Below, one piece after another: positions 1-9,619 of a stretch of 64,000 nucleotides of DNA; within the stretch, counting starts at the first letter, position 1; each line of letters opens with the position of its first letter. The position numbers and the translations under genes were made by a program. The stretch comes from Candidatus Zixiibacteriota bacterium (GTDB lineage Bacteria > Zixibacteria > MSB-5A5 > GN15 > FEB-12): assembly GCA_019038695.1 (NCBI GenBank), contig JAHOYZ010000026.1, positions 57,626 to 121,625 of the forward strand, given 5' to 3'. The notes below the pieces were generated by a model, which was not told the DNA's origin, did not search any database, and worked only from the letters and a program-made list of their open reading frames with translations.

Positions 1-933
1 CCCTTCGCGGTCGGTTACCAAGGCACCCAATCCAAGACCGTCAAGTAAACCGACGGCAATGCGGATATCTACCTCACTACTCCTATCTTGCTGTGGCTCT
101 GGCGATTCCACGGGACGTCCAAAGAAACGCAGAACCGAATCACAGCGAGATACACCGCCAGCAACATCAAACTCGGTCAGGGTCGACTCAAAGATAAGAC
201 GAACCAAATAGCAGCCGTGCCCATTGATTTCCATGCGAGCAGCATATTCGTGCGGCGCATCGTCAGCCTCAACACCAATCGCCTCATATGTGTCCGTATT
301 GGTGAAATCATAGACAGCACCGGTCTCGACCACCTGGTGGTGCATCGTACTCACTTCCGGTACAGAGGTTGCGACTATTGGCAGATCATTGTCCCCGGCG
401 ACATGGCGTAACTCAAGCGAGTTCTCATGGACAAGATAAAGGCAAGCCGTGGTCGCGCCGGCCACAGCTTTGAGTTGTCTCAAAAACATGTTGGCATCAA
501 AATTTTCATGTCCAGCCAGAACATTCTCAAGCAACTCCACGAAAGCCTGGTCATCATTATTCCTGCCCGACTCGGCCTTGATTTCGTCATCGGGAATAAT
601 GATGAACACGAAATTGACCGGGTTACCGGCTATGAAACTGAGTGAGACAACAGCAGTGCTAGGTACGATATGACCTTCACGAGCGAGAATACCCAGGCGG
701 GTGGATTCATAGAACGTCTCATAGTTGTTACGTTTTTCAATGAGATTGTCTACTACATTACTTGAATGCTCATCGAGAAAATCAAGGAACATCTTACCGA
801 AAAGATCCTCGCGGGTGAACCCCAGCAGGTTCTCGACCTGATCATCAATGTATACCAGACGGCCTTTGAGGTCAATTTTACAAACTGCACAGCGGTGCAA
901 CGCGCTGTCAGTCTTGCCACTTTCGCTTGTCAT
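1..933 (-). CDS. PAS/GAF-type multidomain sensor protein, N-terminal about 311 aa. ATG at 933; the C-terminal part lies beyond the window start.
   Basis: My reverse-complement translation of 933 down to 1 is open throughout, beginning MTSESGKTDSALHRCAVCKIDLKGRLVYIDDQVENLLGFTREDLFGKMFLDFLDEHS... (PAS-like). It continues through a GAF-like stretch (ACLYLVHENSLELRHVAGDND) and ends at the edge in ...IAVGLLDGLGLGALVTDREG, which looks like the start of a second PAS domain. The ORF track shows only short plus-strand ORFs here, all of them antisense to this frame. Confidence 0.5.
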   Translation of the reverse strand, partial: MTSESGKTDSALHRCAVCKIDLKGRLVYIDDQVENLLGFTREDLFGKMFLDFLDEHSSNVVDNLIEKRNNYETFYESTRLGILAREGHIVPSTAVVSLSFIAGNPVNFVFIIIPDDEIKAESGRNNDDQAFVELLENVLAGHENFDANMFLRQLKAVAGATTACLYLVHENSLELRHVAGDNDLPIVATSVPEVSTMHHQVVETGAVYDFTNTDTYEAIGVEADDAPHEYAARMEINGHGCYLVRLIFESTLTEFDVAGGVSRCDSVLRFFGRPVESPEPQQDRSSEVDIRIAVGLLDGLGLGALVTDREG

Positions 934-942
934 GCAAGTGCT

Positions 943-2931
943 TCAATCCAGCTTGAGCGCTTTCACGCGGGTCGTCAACTTGTCGGTGCTAACGCGAATG
1001 ATATAAACGCCGCTTGCCACGTTCGTACCATACTCGTTGCACCCGTACCATGTAATGAATACATCGGACGTTGAGGGTGACATGTTGACTTTCTCCCACA
1101 TTTTTTCTCCGCTCACATTGAATACTGTGGCGCAGGTCCAAAGACCAGAGGAAGGCGGGATGAAGATGCGGATTGAGTCGTGGAATGGATTGGGACCAGC
1201 GAAAATTGAGCGCTGCGAGCCAACCAGACTGACGACGGTGAGATAGGTTGTGTCGGCAAAATAGCCAACATCTGCTACCAATCCTATGTTGGACACGGGT
1301 GGCATATCGGCAGAGCCAAGTACATCAAGTTGGCCGGTACCGTCACCATTGTCGTAAAAAGAAACTGTTGGAGGTAGATCAAAAGCAGATAATTCAGGCA
1401 CTATTGGGCTCCTTCCGCCGGTGGCAACCGGCACGGAGACAAAACGGTCGTGCTGCACCTGAACAACTTCCGGAATCACGAAATGAACAATGTCGGCTGT
1501 CTTCACAGCATCGAAAAGACCCCAGCCAAAATCGTTATCAGGCGATGCTGTGCGGTCACCCGATTGTTTGATTAAATCGCGCAGTTCAACTGCTGTAAGG
1601 CTGGGATCATGTTCAAGGGCTAATGCCGCACAACCGGCCACCAGCGGCGTAGAAAGGGATGTACCAGAGGAAGCGATCAGTCCACCGAGATGACTGGCAG
1701 TAAGAACCCCCGATCCAAGGGTAGTGATATCTGGTTTGATCCGTCCATCAGCAGTTGGCCCCGGCGAAGAGAAAGAAGCCAGACTAGAATCCAACGCAAC
1801 CGCTCCAACTGCTATCACCGAATCGCCATCCGCCGGGGTCAGGATATGCCCCCAGGATACATTTCGCATATTACCAGCAGCGGTCACTACCAGAATATTT
1901 TTTGATGCAGCAATGTCGGCTGCATGCGTGATCAAAGGCGTGTCGCCATCAAGGTCCGCAAATTCGTAGCTACCGCTGTCAGTGAACTGATAATAACCAA
2001 GCGAGGAACTGATAATATCGGTACCGGCCGAGTCGGCCCATTCGGCGGCAAGAATCCAGTTGTCTTCCTCACGTTTGATCTCAACGCCACCGCAGGAAAT
2101 CTCTGTTTGCGCGAGAAGAAACTCCGCTCCCGGAGCCACACCGATTAGTTCCCCCGGTAGATAGCCGGCGATAACCCCCCAGGTGATCGTACCGTGATTG
2201 GTTTGCCATCGGGATGGGTTATCCTCCACACAATCCGGTTCACTGACATCAGGATCATCATTGACGAAATCCCACGTACCTACAATCTGTGCCGAGTTAA
2301 AAGCCTCGTGGTCCGGGTTGAAGCCGGTGTCAAACATAGCAATACGCACTCCGTTACCGGTCAGTCCCGCATGATGCAGTTTGACCGCACCAACGAACTC
2401 ATTTTGAGGCAGCGATCCGGCATAGTCATAGTCCTCCGCAGTAACGGACGATGGATTCTCGCGTTGAAGTTCAATCAGGTCAGGAGTCCTATTCACAAAG
2501 GTCCGCACCATATCTATTTTGGCTACAAACGGAAGGGCGGCCAGAGGATCAAGTTGATTTGGTATCACTTCAACCGAGATTGCTTTGAGCCATCGAGATA
2601 CCCCACATACCCGAACGCCTGTGCCCTGAACGGCCTCGATTGCGTAGGTGGATATGGCGTAGTCTCGTTCATCAATCAGAGAGTCGTCCGGGTTGACTCT
2701 TACCCGCCGTTGCCAGGCACGCTCCGACAGTGTCGTCAGTTGCCCACTCACCGCAGTACTATCGACGAACACCCACGCCCGGATCGGCATGGTGTTATCA
2801 CTCTGCGCCAATACGCGAAGCAATCGTTCGGACAGGTGAGCCTGGGCCTGCACGATTGCGGATATCGACAGGCATATCGTAATCGACAATATCCCTATAA
2901 TAATTCGCCTTCTGATCACTCTGGATTTCAT
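943..2931 (-). CDS. S8 subtilisin-family serine peptidase with signal peptide and T9SS C-terminal sorting domain
   Basis: Hydrophobic N-terminal signal. Subtilase His motif HGT(I/H) and Ser motif GTSLSTPLVAGCAALAL. The C-terminal about 80 aa (...GVYIIRVSTDKLTTRVKALKLD) resembles Por_Secre_tail CTDs. Confidence 0.8.
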   Translation of the reverse strand: MKSRVIRRRIIIGILSITICLSISAIVQAQAHLSERLLRVLAQSDNTMPIRAWVFVDSTAVSGQLTTLSERAWQRRVRVNPDDSLIDERDYAISTYAIEAVQGTGVRVCGVSRWLKAISVEVIPNQLDPLAALPFVAKIDMVRTFVNRTPDLIELQRENPSSVTAEDYDYAGSLPQNEFVGAVKLHHAGLTGNGVRIAMFDTGFNPDHEAFNSAQIVGTWDFVNDDPDVSEPDCVEDNPSRWQTNHGTITWGVIAGYLPGELIGVAPGAEFLLAQTEISCGGVEIKREEDNWILAAEWADSAGTDIISSSLGYYQFTDSGSYEFADLDGDTPLITHAADIAASKNILVVTAAGNMRNVSWGHILTPADGDSVIAVGAVALDSSLASFSSPGPTADGRIKPDITTLGSGVLTASHLGGLIASSGTSLSTPLVAGCAALALEHDPSLTAVELRDLIKQSGDRTASPDNDFGWGLFDAVKTADIVHFVIPEVVQVQHDRFVSVPVATGGRSPIVPELSAFDLPPTVSFYDNGDGTGQLDVLGSADMPPVSNIGLVADVGYFADTTYLTVVSLVGSQRSIFAGPNPFHDSIRIFIPPSSGLWTCATVFNVSGEKMWEKVNMSPSTSDVFITWYGCNEYGTNVASGVYIIRVSTDKLTTRVKALKLD

Positions 2932-5876
2932 TTCTTCTTGAATAGACCCTTTAGCTTTGAACCGGCATCATCCAATAAATTTTCACCGACTCCTTTCGTC
3001 AGAGAGGAGTAGTCGATCTCGGCCTTTGGTTTGTCAACAGTCCCTGACACCAAAAACGGAAGTCTGATGCGATTGCTATTACCATTGCCGTTGCTCAGCA
3101 GCCCGGAAACAGCTCCCAATAATCCCTTATTGGAAGTCAGCCGTTTGGTTGTTTCGGCTGACAGCAGAATCGTTCCAGAGTACGAAACGGCATTTTGAAA
3201 CGAGTAATATCCACCGATGGCCAGGTCTCCAAGAGTTCCCAACTGAGTGCGAAGAGTGTCAAGCGTGACTCTGCCATCGCGTACTGAGATTTTCGTCTGA
3301 GCATTCTTGAGTAGCTGATCCTCGCTAATATTGCCGCCTACTTGCTCGACCAGCGTGCTGAGTACTTTGTGGATAGATCCGGATGTGACAACTCGACCAT
3401 TCTGCATAACACTCTGGCCGTCCATGGTAAGTGAATTCAGAAACTCGTCCGGTTCCCAGCCTTCCGCCTGGTAGCTGCCGGAGAAGTTAAACCGACCGAA
3501 GATATGTCCTCCGAACTTGGTAAAGCGACGGACAAAATCGTCAGCCTCGATCTGTGTGGCCTGGAACTCGCCTTCGTAAACCGGGCGTTCCATATCAGCC
3601 AGGTCTATTGTTGTCTGGCCGGCAATAGTTCCGGAGTAGGCACTCCCGGTTACATCGCGGCAGACGACTCGGCGATCCTCATATGAAAGTCTACCGATTA
3701 CATCAGTCAGATCGACCTCGCAATAGACCAGCGTGTCCAAGGTGAACCGCCCTTCAGCCACAATATCCGGGAGTAGAATTGCGGATACGGAGTCGATCTC
3801 CGTCCGACCGGTGATTTGACCATCCGCTTCCCTGCCGGTCATCGGGGCTGCCTCCGGGAAGAGGCTATCAACGTTGAGACGATGCGAAGTAAGTTCAAAA
3901 TTGAACCTGGGCTTCTCATAACGAGAGCGATCGATTCCCTCAAAAGGAAGCAGGTACGGCAGTGGCTTAACCAGAGAACCAGTGAGATGAAGATCACTGC
4001 TGACGAATTGAACGTTTAGATCATCCACAAGAATGGTATCGGGGACAATCCGTAACCTGGCGGCCCATGCTCTAACCGGCTCGGCTATAAGGGTGTCCGT
4101 ATAGGAACCATCAGTAACCGTGACCGTACCACGAGGTCGCAATGTCGTCGGGTGATTAACATCTCCAATAACAGAGAGCTTCATCTCAAAATCACCATTT
4201 AGTTCGGGAGCTCCCTCCGGAGACAAGTAACTATTCAGCAGGGCAAGGTTGAGATTGCCGCTCAGCTGGCCATCAAGTCCTACTTCCATCTGCTCCGTCA
4301 TGATGCTGTCAGCCAGAAGATAGGGTACCAAATCGGTAATGCGCCCCGCAAACGACAAACGGCTGGATGGACTGGAAGCGACAAATTGCTTCACCCGGAT
4401 TACTTTACGGTCGAAATAGGCATCAAGCGAAAAGGAATCAATAGGCTCCGGCATCAAAGCGGAAGCGTACCGGCCATGTGGTATAGTTATGTTGCCTGAA
4501 GCATCCAGGCTCTCAAGTTCATTAAGTTGGCCCGATAGTTTCACCGCTATTGCCGCAGTTCCAGCCAGATCGTGATTACCCTCCAGCGGAAGGAACGGTT
4601 TGAGAAACACCATGTCCAACTCGCCCGCTACTTCGGCGTTGATCACAGGGTCATCGAAGTTGTTGACTACAAGATGACCCTTCAATGACTTGTTGTTGAA
4701 AGTACCCTCTTCGATATTCACCCGGATATTGTTCGGTTTGAAGTCGAGCATCGCACGTTCACATCGTAGTTTTCCGGCAACTTCCGCATAGCCAATCTCA
4801 AGTCCGGCCATCACCGCCGTTCCCGAATACAAAAGCGCTTCTTCTCGACGTTCGCTGTAATCCACCTCGGCACTGAGCGAGAACCCGCCACGGATTTCAA
4901 AATCTTCGAGTACACTCAAACGTTCGGGAGATGCCAACGACAACATATCCTCGACACGAATCCGATCCGATTGAATCGATGCTCTGCCCATGAGAGAATC
5001 TGGAACATGAGATAATTCTCCGCCAAGATCGAAGCTCATCTTCCCTACCTGCAAGCGTGCTTCTTTCAAGGACACATATTTCCGACCGGCATCATAGTCA
5101 GCGCTCCAACTAAGAGCGATCTCAGAGGATGGAACGGGCCAATCCCCACTGATGCTGATCTCACCCACTGCGAACTTGCCATCCGAATGATAGAAATTGG
5201 GACGAGGATTCTGGAGACTGGTGGCCAGGCTGATTCCCGAAAGGTGAACGGAGTTTCCGGAACGATCATCGTTGTAGCTAAGGATACCGTCTACAATTTC
5301 CAGTTTATCAAAGCTCAAGGCCGCTGCCGCCACCTGAGCCTCACCCGGAGGTTGTGCCCCAACCGGGAACTGAGTCCCTTCCGATTCCACTTTCGTGGAA
5401 TCGATGCCACCAAAACTGAAGTTGTCCCTGCCGTCCGACAAACGATGCATTCTTATCTGAGGACGTTCCAAAATCAATCGTTCGACCCGATACTCACTCG
5501 ACAGGAGAGGTAAAATAGCGAGTTTGACATCAATGTCGTCTGCTTTGAGAAGTTCGGTCTCATCAACCATGTCCGCGGGATTGCCAATCCTGACGCCATG
5601 CAATTTTACGCCGAGTCCTCCCCAGAAAGAAAGTTCCACATCGTCGATGGCGACATCCCGCCCCAGTGCTTCACTCCCCCGTTCGATAGCCATAGTTTTG
5701 ACTTTCTCGGTCGGGAAGAAAAGCGTGATCCCAATTATGAGAATAATAACAATGGCCAGAAATCCAGCAGCTATAAAAGCGAGTATCTTCAACAATTTCT
5801 TCATGTTCTTCCTATAAACATCGGCTCCATTCAGATTTACGCCTACATTATATAACCCGGACCCAGCGAGCAACAA
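2928..5876 (-). CDS. AsmA-family outer-membrane biogenesis protein. The real start is probably the internal MKKLLKIL near 5804.
   Basis: N-terminal TM anchor (LAFIAAGFLAIVIILIIGITLFF) followed by a roughly 950 aa beta-rich periplasmic region with a K-rich C-terminus. Size and organisation are typical of AsmA/DUF3971-like proteins. Confidence 0.55.
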   Translation of the reverse strand: MLLAGSGLYNVGVNLNGADVYRKNMKKLLKILAFIAAGFLAIVIILIIGITLFFPTEKVKTMAIERGSEALGRDVAIDDVELSFWGGLGVKLHGVRIGNPADMVDETELLKADDIDVKLAILPLLSSEYRVERLILERPQIRMHRLSDGRDNFSFGGIDSTKVESEGTQFPVGAQPPGEAQVAAAALSFDKLEIVDGILSYNDDRSGNSVHLSGISLATSLQNPRPNFYHSDGKFAVGEISISGDWPVPSSEIALSWSADYDAGRKYVSLKEARLQVGKMSFDLGGELSHVPDSLMGRASIQSDRIRVEDMLSLASPERLSVLEDFEIRGGFSLSAEVDYSERREEALLYSGTAVMAGLEIGYAEVAGKLRCERAMLDFKPNNIRVNIEEGTFNNKSLKGHLVVNNFDDPVINAEVAGELDMVFLKPFLPLEGNHDLAGTAAIAVKLSGQLNELESLDASGNITIPHGRYASALMPEPIDSFSLDAYFDRKVIRVKQFVASSPSSRLSFAGRITDLVPYLLADSIMTEQMEVGLDGQLSGNLNLALLNSYLSPEGAPELNGDFEMKLSVIGDVNHPTTLRPRGTVTVTDGSYTDTLIAEPVRAWAARLRIVPDTILVDDLNVQFVSSDLHLTGSLVKPLPYLLPFEGIDRSRYEKPRFNFELTSHRLNVDSLFPEAAPMTGREADGQITGRTEIDSVSAILLPDIVAEGRFTLDTLVYCEVDLTDVIGRLSYEDRRVVCRDVTGSAYSGTIAGQTTIDLADMERPVYEGEFQATQIEADDFVRRFTKFGGHIFGRFNFSGSYQAEGWEPDEFLNSLTMDGQSVMQNGRVVTSGSIHKVLSTLVEQVGGNISEDQLLKNAQTKISVRDGRVTLDTLRTQLGTLGDLAIGGYYSFQNAVSYSGTILLSAETTKRLTSNKGLLGAVSGLLSNGNGNSNRIRLPFLVSGTVDKPKAEIDYSSLTKGVGENLLDDAGSKLKGLFKKK

Positions 5877-5893
5877 AAACCGATCCTTACAAT

Positions 5894-5950
5894 GTTATGT
5901 GCCACTGCGTGGCAAAACATAACGGTCGGTAGCCATACCGACTACCGACC
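5894..5950. other. Two adjacent perfect stem-loops in the intergenic gap between the MBL-hydrolase gene and the AsmA gene
   Basis: GTTATGT-GCCAC-tgc-GTGGC-aaa-ACATAAC (5894-5923) is a nested hairpin. It is followed at once by GGTCGGTAG-ccataccga-CTACCGACC (5924-5950), a 9-bp stem. Confidence 0.35.
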
Positions 5951-5976
5951 GCAATAAGAATATCTGGTGTTTTCAA

Positions 5977-6654
5977 CTACAGATCGAGTGTATCCCCCGG
6001 CTTGAGAATAATCACTTCCGATCCCTTGACCTGTGACGCAAACGTCATCGCATCAGCTTCAATCAAAGGCCAGGTGTCGTAGTGAAAGGGCACGACTTTG
6101 GCCGGCTGCAAAAACTCGGTCGCCTTGACGGCATCGTTGACATCCATAGTGAAATTGTCACCGATGGGCAGGAAAGCCAGGTCGATTTTGTTCATTTCAC
6201 CGATCAACTTCATGTCATAGAATAGGCCGGTGTCGCCGGGATGATAGATGGTCTTCCCTCCGATTGTCACCAGCATTCCCGTGGGGGGACCGGTATATAC
6301 CGAAGCATCAGGACCGTAGCCGCCACCGTGGTGAGCGATGGTCAGTTTGACACGACCGAAATCAAAATCATGTCCGCCGCCGATGTGCATCGGATGGAAC
6401 TCAAGTCCTTCCTTGCCGCACAAACTGGCCAGCTCGTAATTGGCAATCACCATCGCCTTGCAGCGCTTGCCGATAGAGACGGCATCGCCAACGTGATCTC
6501 CGTGGCCGTGAGTCAACAGGATGTAGTTGACATCAATGTCATCTGCCTCGGCGGCCGCTACCGGATTACCGGTGAGGAAGGGGTCGATGATGAGCTTATG
6601 GTCGCCGTCGGTAATGGTCACACAGGAGTGACCTAGAAACCTGATCTGGGGCAT
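5977..6654 (-). CDS. Metallo-beta-lactamase-fold metal-dependent hydrolase (UPF0173-like)
   Basis: MPQIRFLGHSCVTITDGDHKLIIDPFLTGNP N-terminus, plus a THGHGDHVGD metal-binding motif (HxHxDH). Confidence 0.7.
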   Translation of the reverse strand: MPQIRFLGHSCVTITDGDHKLIIDPFLTGNPVAAAEADDIDVNYILLTHGHGDHVGDAVSIGKRCKAMVIANYELASLCGKEGLEFHPMHIGGGHDFDFGRVKLTIAHHGGGYGPDASVYTGPPTGMLVTIGGKTIYHPGDTGLFYDMKLIGEMNKIDLAFLPIGDNFTMDVNDAVKATEFLQPAKVVPFHYDTWPLIEADAMTFASQVKGSEVIILKPGDTLDL

Positions 6655-6752
6655 CTTATCCTCCTTGGAATCTGTTCTTGCAACTCAATAAGTATTGTTA
6701 TCGGATTAAACAGCTTTCTGACGCGTCTGTCAAGGACGGGGGGAATGAACCG

Positions 6753-8465
6753 TCAAAACAAAACCCTGCCTTCGACTGTAATCGTGGGTTCGTCGGTCTC
6801 ACCGTGATTGTAGTGCTGCAAATACGAGGCTTTCGCTTCGGCATACGGCAGGAAACGCCACACCATACCAGCCGTCATCGTCCGTCTTTGTATTTCCGAA
6901 TGGAAGTACTCTTCCCTGTCCTCAACTTCTATCTCAAATCCTCGCCCCAACCCCGCCTCTACGTGCAATGTAACCTGAGCCCGACTGTCACTGGCCATAC
7001 CACTTACCGAGAGAAATGGCACTTCCTCACGCGTGTATCGTACTAACGTCGGCGGCAAAAATGACAGCGTAGCATACATCTGTCCCAAACGCAGTAGAGG
7101 GCCAAAAACTATGTCGTATTGAGAGTCTCTGTCCCAGCCCGGTCCGGTCCCGCGTTCGTAGCTATATGATCGAAAGGCGATGGCTACCTGAGGTCGAAGT
7201 GTGATTCCACGCATAGGTTCAGAGAATCCCCAGTATTTGCGCCAAGAGTACTCGGCTCGCAAACCGACCTGCCAATGATTGTAAAGCCCCGCCGCGCAAG
7301 ACACGGTGAGCGAAGCGCGCTCCAACCCATCAGGCTTATAGCCCCTTGATCCACTGCCATTGAATACGAGCCCGGCGCGCACTTGTCGATGGAACAACAT
7401 GCGCCTGTAGTATCCGCTGTAGTCATCAAGGATAATCTCCGGATCGAACTCCCCCTCACTCACAAAATGCGCACCGAGCATAAATGATGTGGTTCGGAGC
7501 TCGAAGTTCTTTGTCCACCAGCTTTCTGGTTGGTACAGACTATCGTCGCCGGTCCGGACTCGATAGAACTCACGCTTGTGCAGTTGATAGCCGAAATACT
7601 GCTTCAGTGATGCATCGAAGTACCACGGCGTCAGGTATCCTGAAGTAATCAGGACTCGGTAATAAGGTCTGATGTGTCGCCAGAACTCCTTGCTAAGAGA
7701 CTGATAACCGGGATTGTCCGGGTCATCCCCCCACCGAAGACTCCTATCACGGCGAACCCAGTAATCCAGATTCATGTCAACTTGGGCGGTCATGTCATCC
7801 GTCATCCCCAGTCGCATTGAGTTCATCGAAGAAGCCAGGTACATCCAGTCATCGCTGTGGTGGGCTCCAGTGCTCGACAAAGAATTACTCCCACTGGAAT
7901 AGAAGAACTCACGGGTGTCCTTCTCGTGATATGCTCTTATAGTGTTCTCCAGACTCCAGCAACCAGCCTGTAGCAGAGGTCTGTCAGAATTAGTGAACGC
8001 GCCGTGTCGCTCAGCAACAACGACGGTCTCCTTATTGAGCCACTTCGATGACACCTGAATACTGGCCTTGCGGTCGATAGAAAGACCCGTAACCCGGTCT
8101 GGCGACGGCACGCTCTCGGTGCTCCATTCGGAATAGTAGACATCGTCAATGCCGATCTGCCAGTTACTCCTTGGCCGGGTTTGAATCAGCCCCCTGGGAT
8201 AAACTCCACTGCCCGGGAAGTAAGGATTTACTCTTGCCTTTGGGACCATCGACAGTCCAAATCGATAACGATCCCCGGTGAAACGATATGTGATTTCCTT
8301 CTGCGTTTCATCATAATCTTGTAATTCAAGCTGGCCACTCACAGAATGCGTAGGAACCCAACGTCCATAGAAGTAGTCAAAAGGCAACTCTATATCGGCC
8401 CTACTTTGTCCCGCGATGAATATCATTGCAATAAAGAAAAGAACGATTCCCAAACGTATTCTCAC
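6753..8465 (-). CDS. Secreted outer-membrane beta-barrel protein of unknown function
   Basis: Signal peptide (MRIRLGIVLFFIAMIFIAGQSRA). Aromatic-rich alternating pattern with a C-terminal ...EGRVLF ending in Phe. No enzymatic motifs recognised. Confidence 0.4.
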   Translation of the reverse strand: MRIRLGIVLFFIAMIFIAGQSRADIELPFDYFYGRWVPTHSVSGQLELQDYDETQKEITYRFTGDRYRFGLSMVPKARVNPYFPGSGVYPRGLIQTRPRSNWQIGIDDVYYSEWSTESVPSPDRVTGLSIDRKASIQVSSKWLNKETVVVAERHGAFTNSDRPLLQAGCWSLENTIRAYHEKDTREFFYSSGSNSLSSTGAHHSDDWMYLASSMNSMRLGMTDDMTAQVDMNLDYWVRRDRSLRWGDDPDNPGYQSLSKEFWRHIRPYYRVLITSGYLTPWYFDASLKQYFGYQLHKREFYRVRTGDDSLYQPESWWTKNFELRTTSFMLGAHFVSEGEFDPEIILDDYSGYYRRMLFHRQVRAGLVFNGSGSRGYKPDGLERASLTVSCAAGLYNHWQVGLRAEYSWRKYWGFSEPMRGITLRPQVAIAFRSYSYERGTGPGWDRDSQYDIVFGPLLRLGQMYATLSFLPPTLVRYTREEVPFLSVSGMASDSRAQVTLHVEAGLGRGFEIEVEDREEYFHSEIQRRTMTAGMVWRFLPYAEAKASYLQHYNHGETDEPTITVEGRVLF

Positions 8466-8480
8466 CGTACGCCTCCAATC

Positions 8481-9563
8481 CTAAGCGATAATTCCTCCCC
8501 CTACAAGTACATCGCTCTCATAGAAAACGACCGACTGCCCGGGAGTGATGGCACGTTGTTTCTCCCTGAAGGTAACACGAACGTGATCATCGGTCAAGCG
8601 GACGATCTTCGCCGCGGCTGGCAGATGCTGATACCTGATCTTCACCGATGCCTCAAGCGACGATGTCACTTCTTTAGCAACCCAGTTGATTTGCGTGGCT
8701 TCCAGCTCATCGCAATACAGCCCGGCATCATCACCCACGATTACCCGGTTAGTCTCCGGATCAATGCGATGAACATACAATGGTGTGGGATGAGCAATCC
8801 CGAGACCGCGACGCTGTCCAATCGTATAGAACGGCGTTCCTTCGTGACGACCAAGAACTGTGCCGTTGTCATGAACAATATCACCCGGACTGAAGGCCGT
8901 TCCTTCTTTCTGACACCACTCCTTCAGAAACCTGTGATAGTCATCATCGGGAACAAAACAGATCTCGCGTGATTCTTTGTTGTCGGCGGTACGAAGATTG
9001 TTCTCATGCGCAATCTGCCGGACATCTTTCTTGAGTAATCCCCCCAGCGGCATCAGCGTCATGGCCAGTGCCTCCTGTGAGAGACCCCACAGGACATACG
9101 ATTGATCTCGCGTGTTGTCAATTCCCTGGCGAATCTGGTAGCGACCGACATCGTTTTTCTCAATGAAAGCGTAGTGTCCGGTGGCGATATAATCACAGCC
9201 TAATTCGCGTGCTTTATGTAAAAACGCCGCCCACTTGATATCGCTGTTGCATCTTATGCAGGGGTTAGGTGTGTGACCCGCTTTGTACTCGGAGACAAAA
9301 TCCTCTATGACACACTTGCGAAATTGCTCCGACATATTGAGCACATAGAAAGGCGCATCAATCCGATCACATATTAAACGGCAATCCGTGATGGAGTCCA
9401 ACGAACAGCAACGGCCATCACGATAGATGTCACCCCCGACATCAACGTAGTCCCATAGCTTCATGTGGGCACCGATGACGTCATAGCCCTGCTCTTTCAA
9501 CAACAGCGCGGCTACGGAAGAATCAACTCCACCCGACAGCGCCACGAGGACTTTCTCAGCCAC
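8481..9563 (-). CDS. mnmA: tRNA-specific 2-thiouridylase MnmA
   Basis: PP-loop SGGVDSSVAA at the N-terminus. Conserved MnmA blocks (CxxC around IRCNSDIKW; YVLWGLSQE). Confidence 0.85.
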   Translation of the reverse strand: MAEKVLVALSGGVDSSVAALLLKEQGYDVIGAHMKLWDYVDVGGDIYRDGRCCSLDSITDCRLICDRIDAPFYVLNMSEQFRKCVIEDFVSEYKAGHTPNPCIRCNSDIKWAAFLHKARELGCDYIATGHYAFIEKNDVGRYQIRQGIDNTRDQSYVLWGLSQEALAMTLMPLGGLLKKDVRQIAHENNLRTADNKESREICFVPDDDYHRFLKEWCQKEGTAFSPGDIVHDNGTVLGRHEGTPFYTIGQRRGLGIAHPTPLYVHRIDPETNRVIVGDDAGLYCDELEATQINWVAKEVTSSLEASVKIRYQHLPAAAKIVRLTDDHVRVTFREKQRAITPGQSVVFYESDVLVGGGIIA

Positions 9564-9619
9564 AATGACCTCCCCGATGACCGAGGGCAGGCCACCCGAT
9601 TGGTGATTGCATAAACTGA

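Noticed and set aside
88-1074. Plus-strand ORFs 88..411, 427..645, 449..673 and 766..1074 in the first kilobase
   Set aside because: All are antisense to an uninterrupted minus-strand frame (1..933) encoding recognisable PAS/GAF sequence. The short plus-strand ORFs have no recognisable motifs.
2194-3012. 272-aa plus-strand ORF
   Set aside because: It is antisense across the junction of the S8 protease and AsmA genes, both of which have strong family motifs. It shows the typical composition of a spurious shadow ORF.
8346-8972. 208-aa plus-strand ORF
   Set aside because: It is antisense to mnmA, and to the C-terminal end of the OMP gene, with no motif support.
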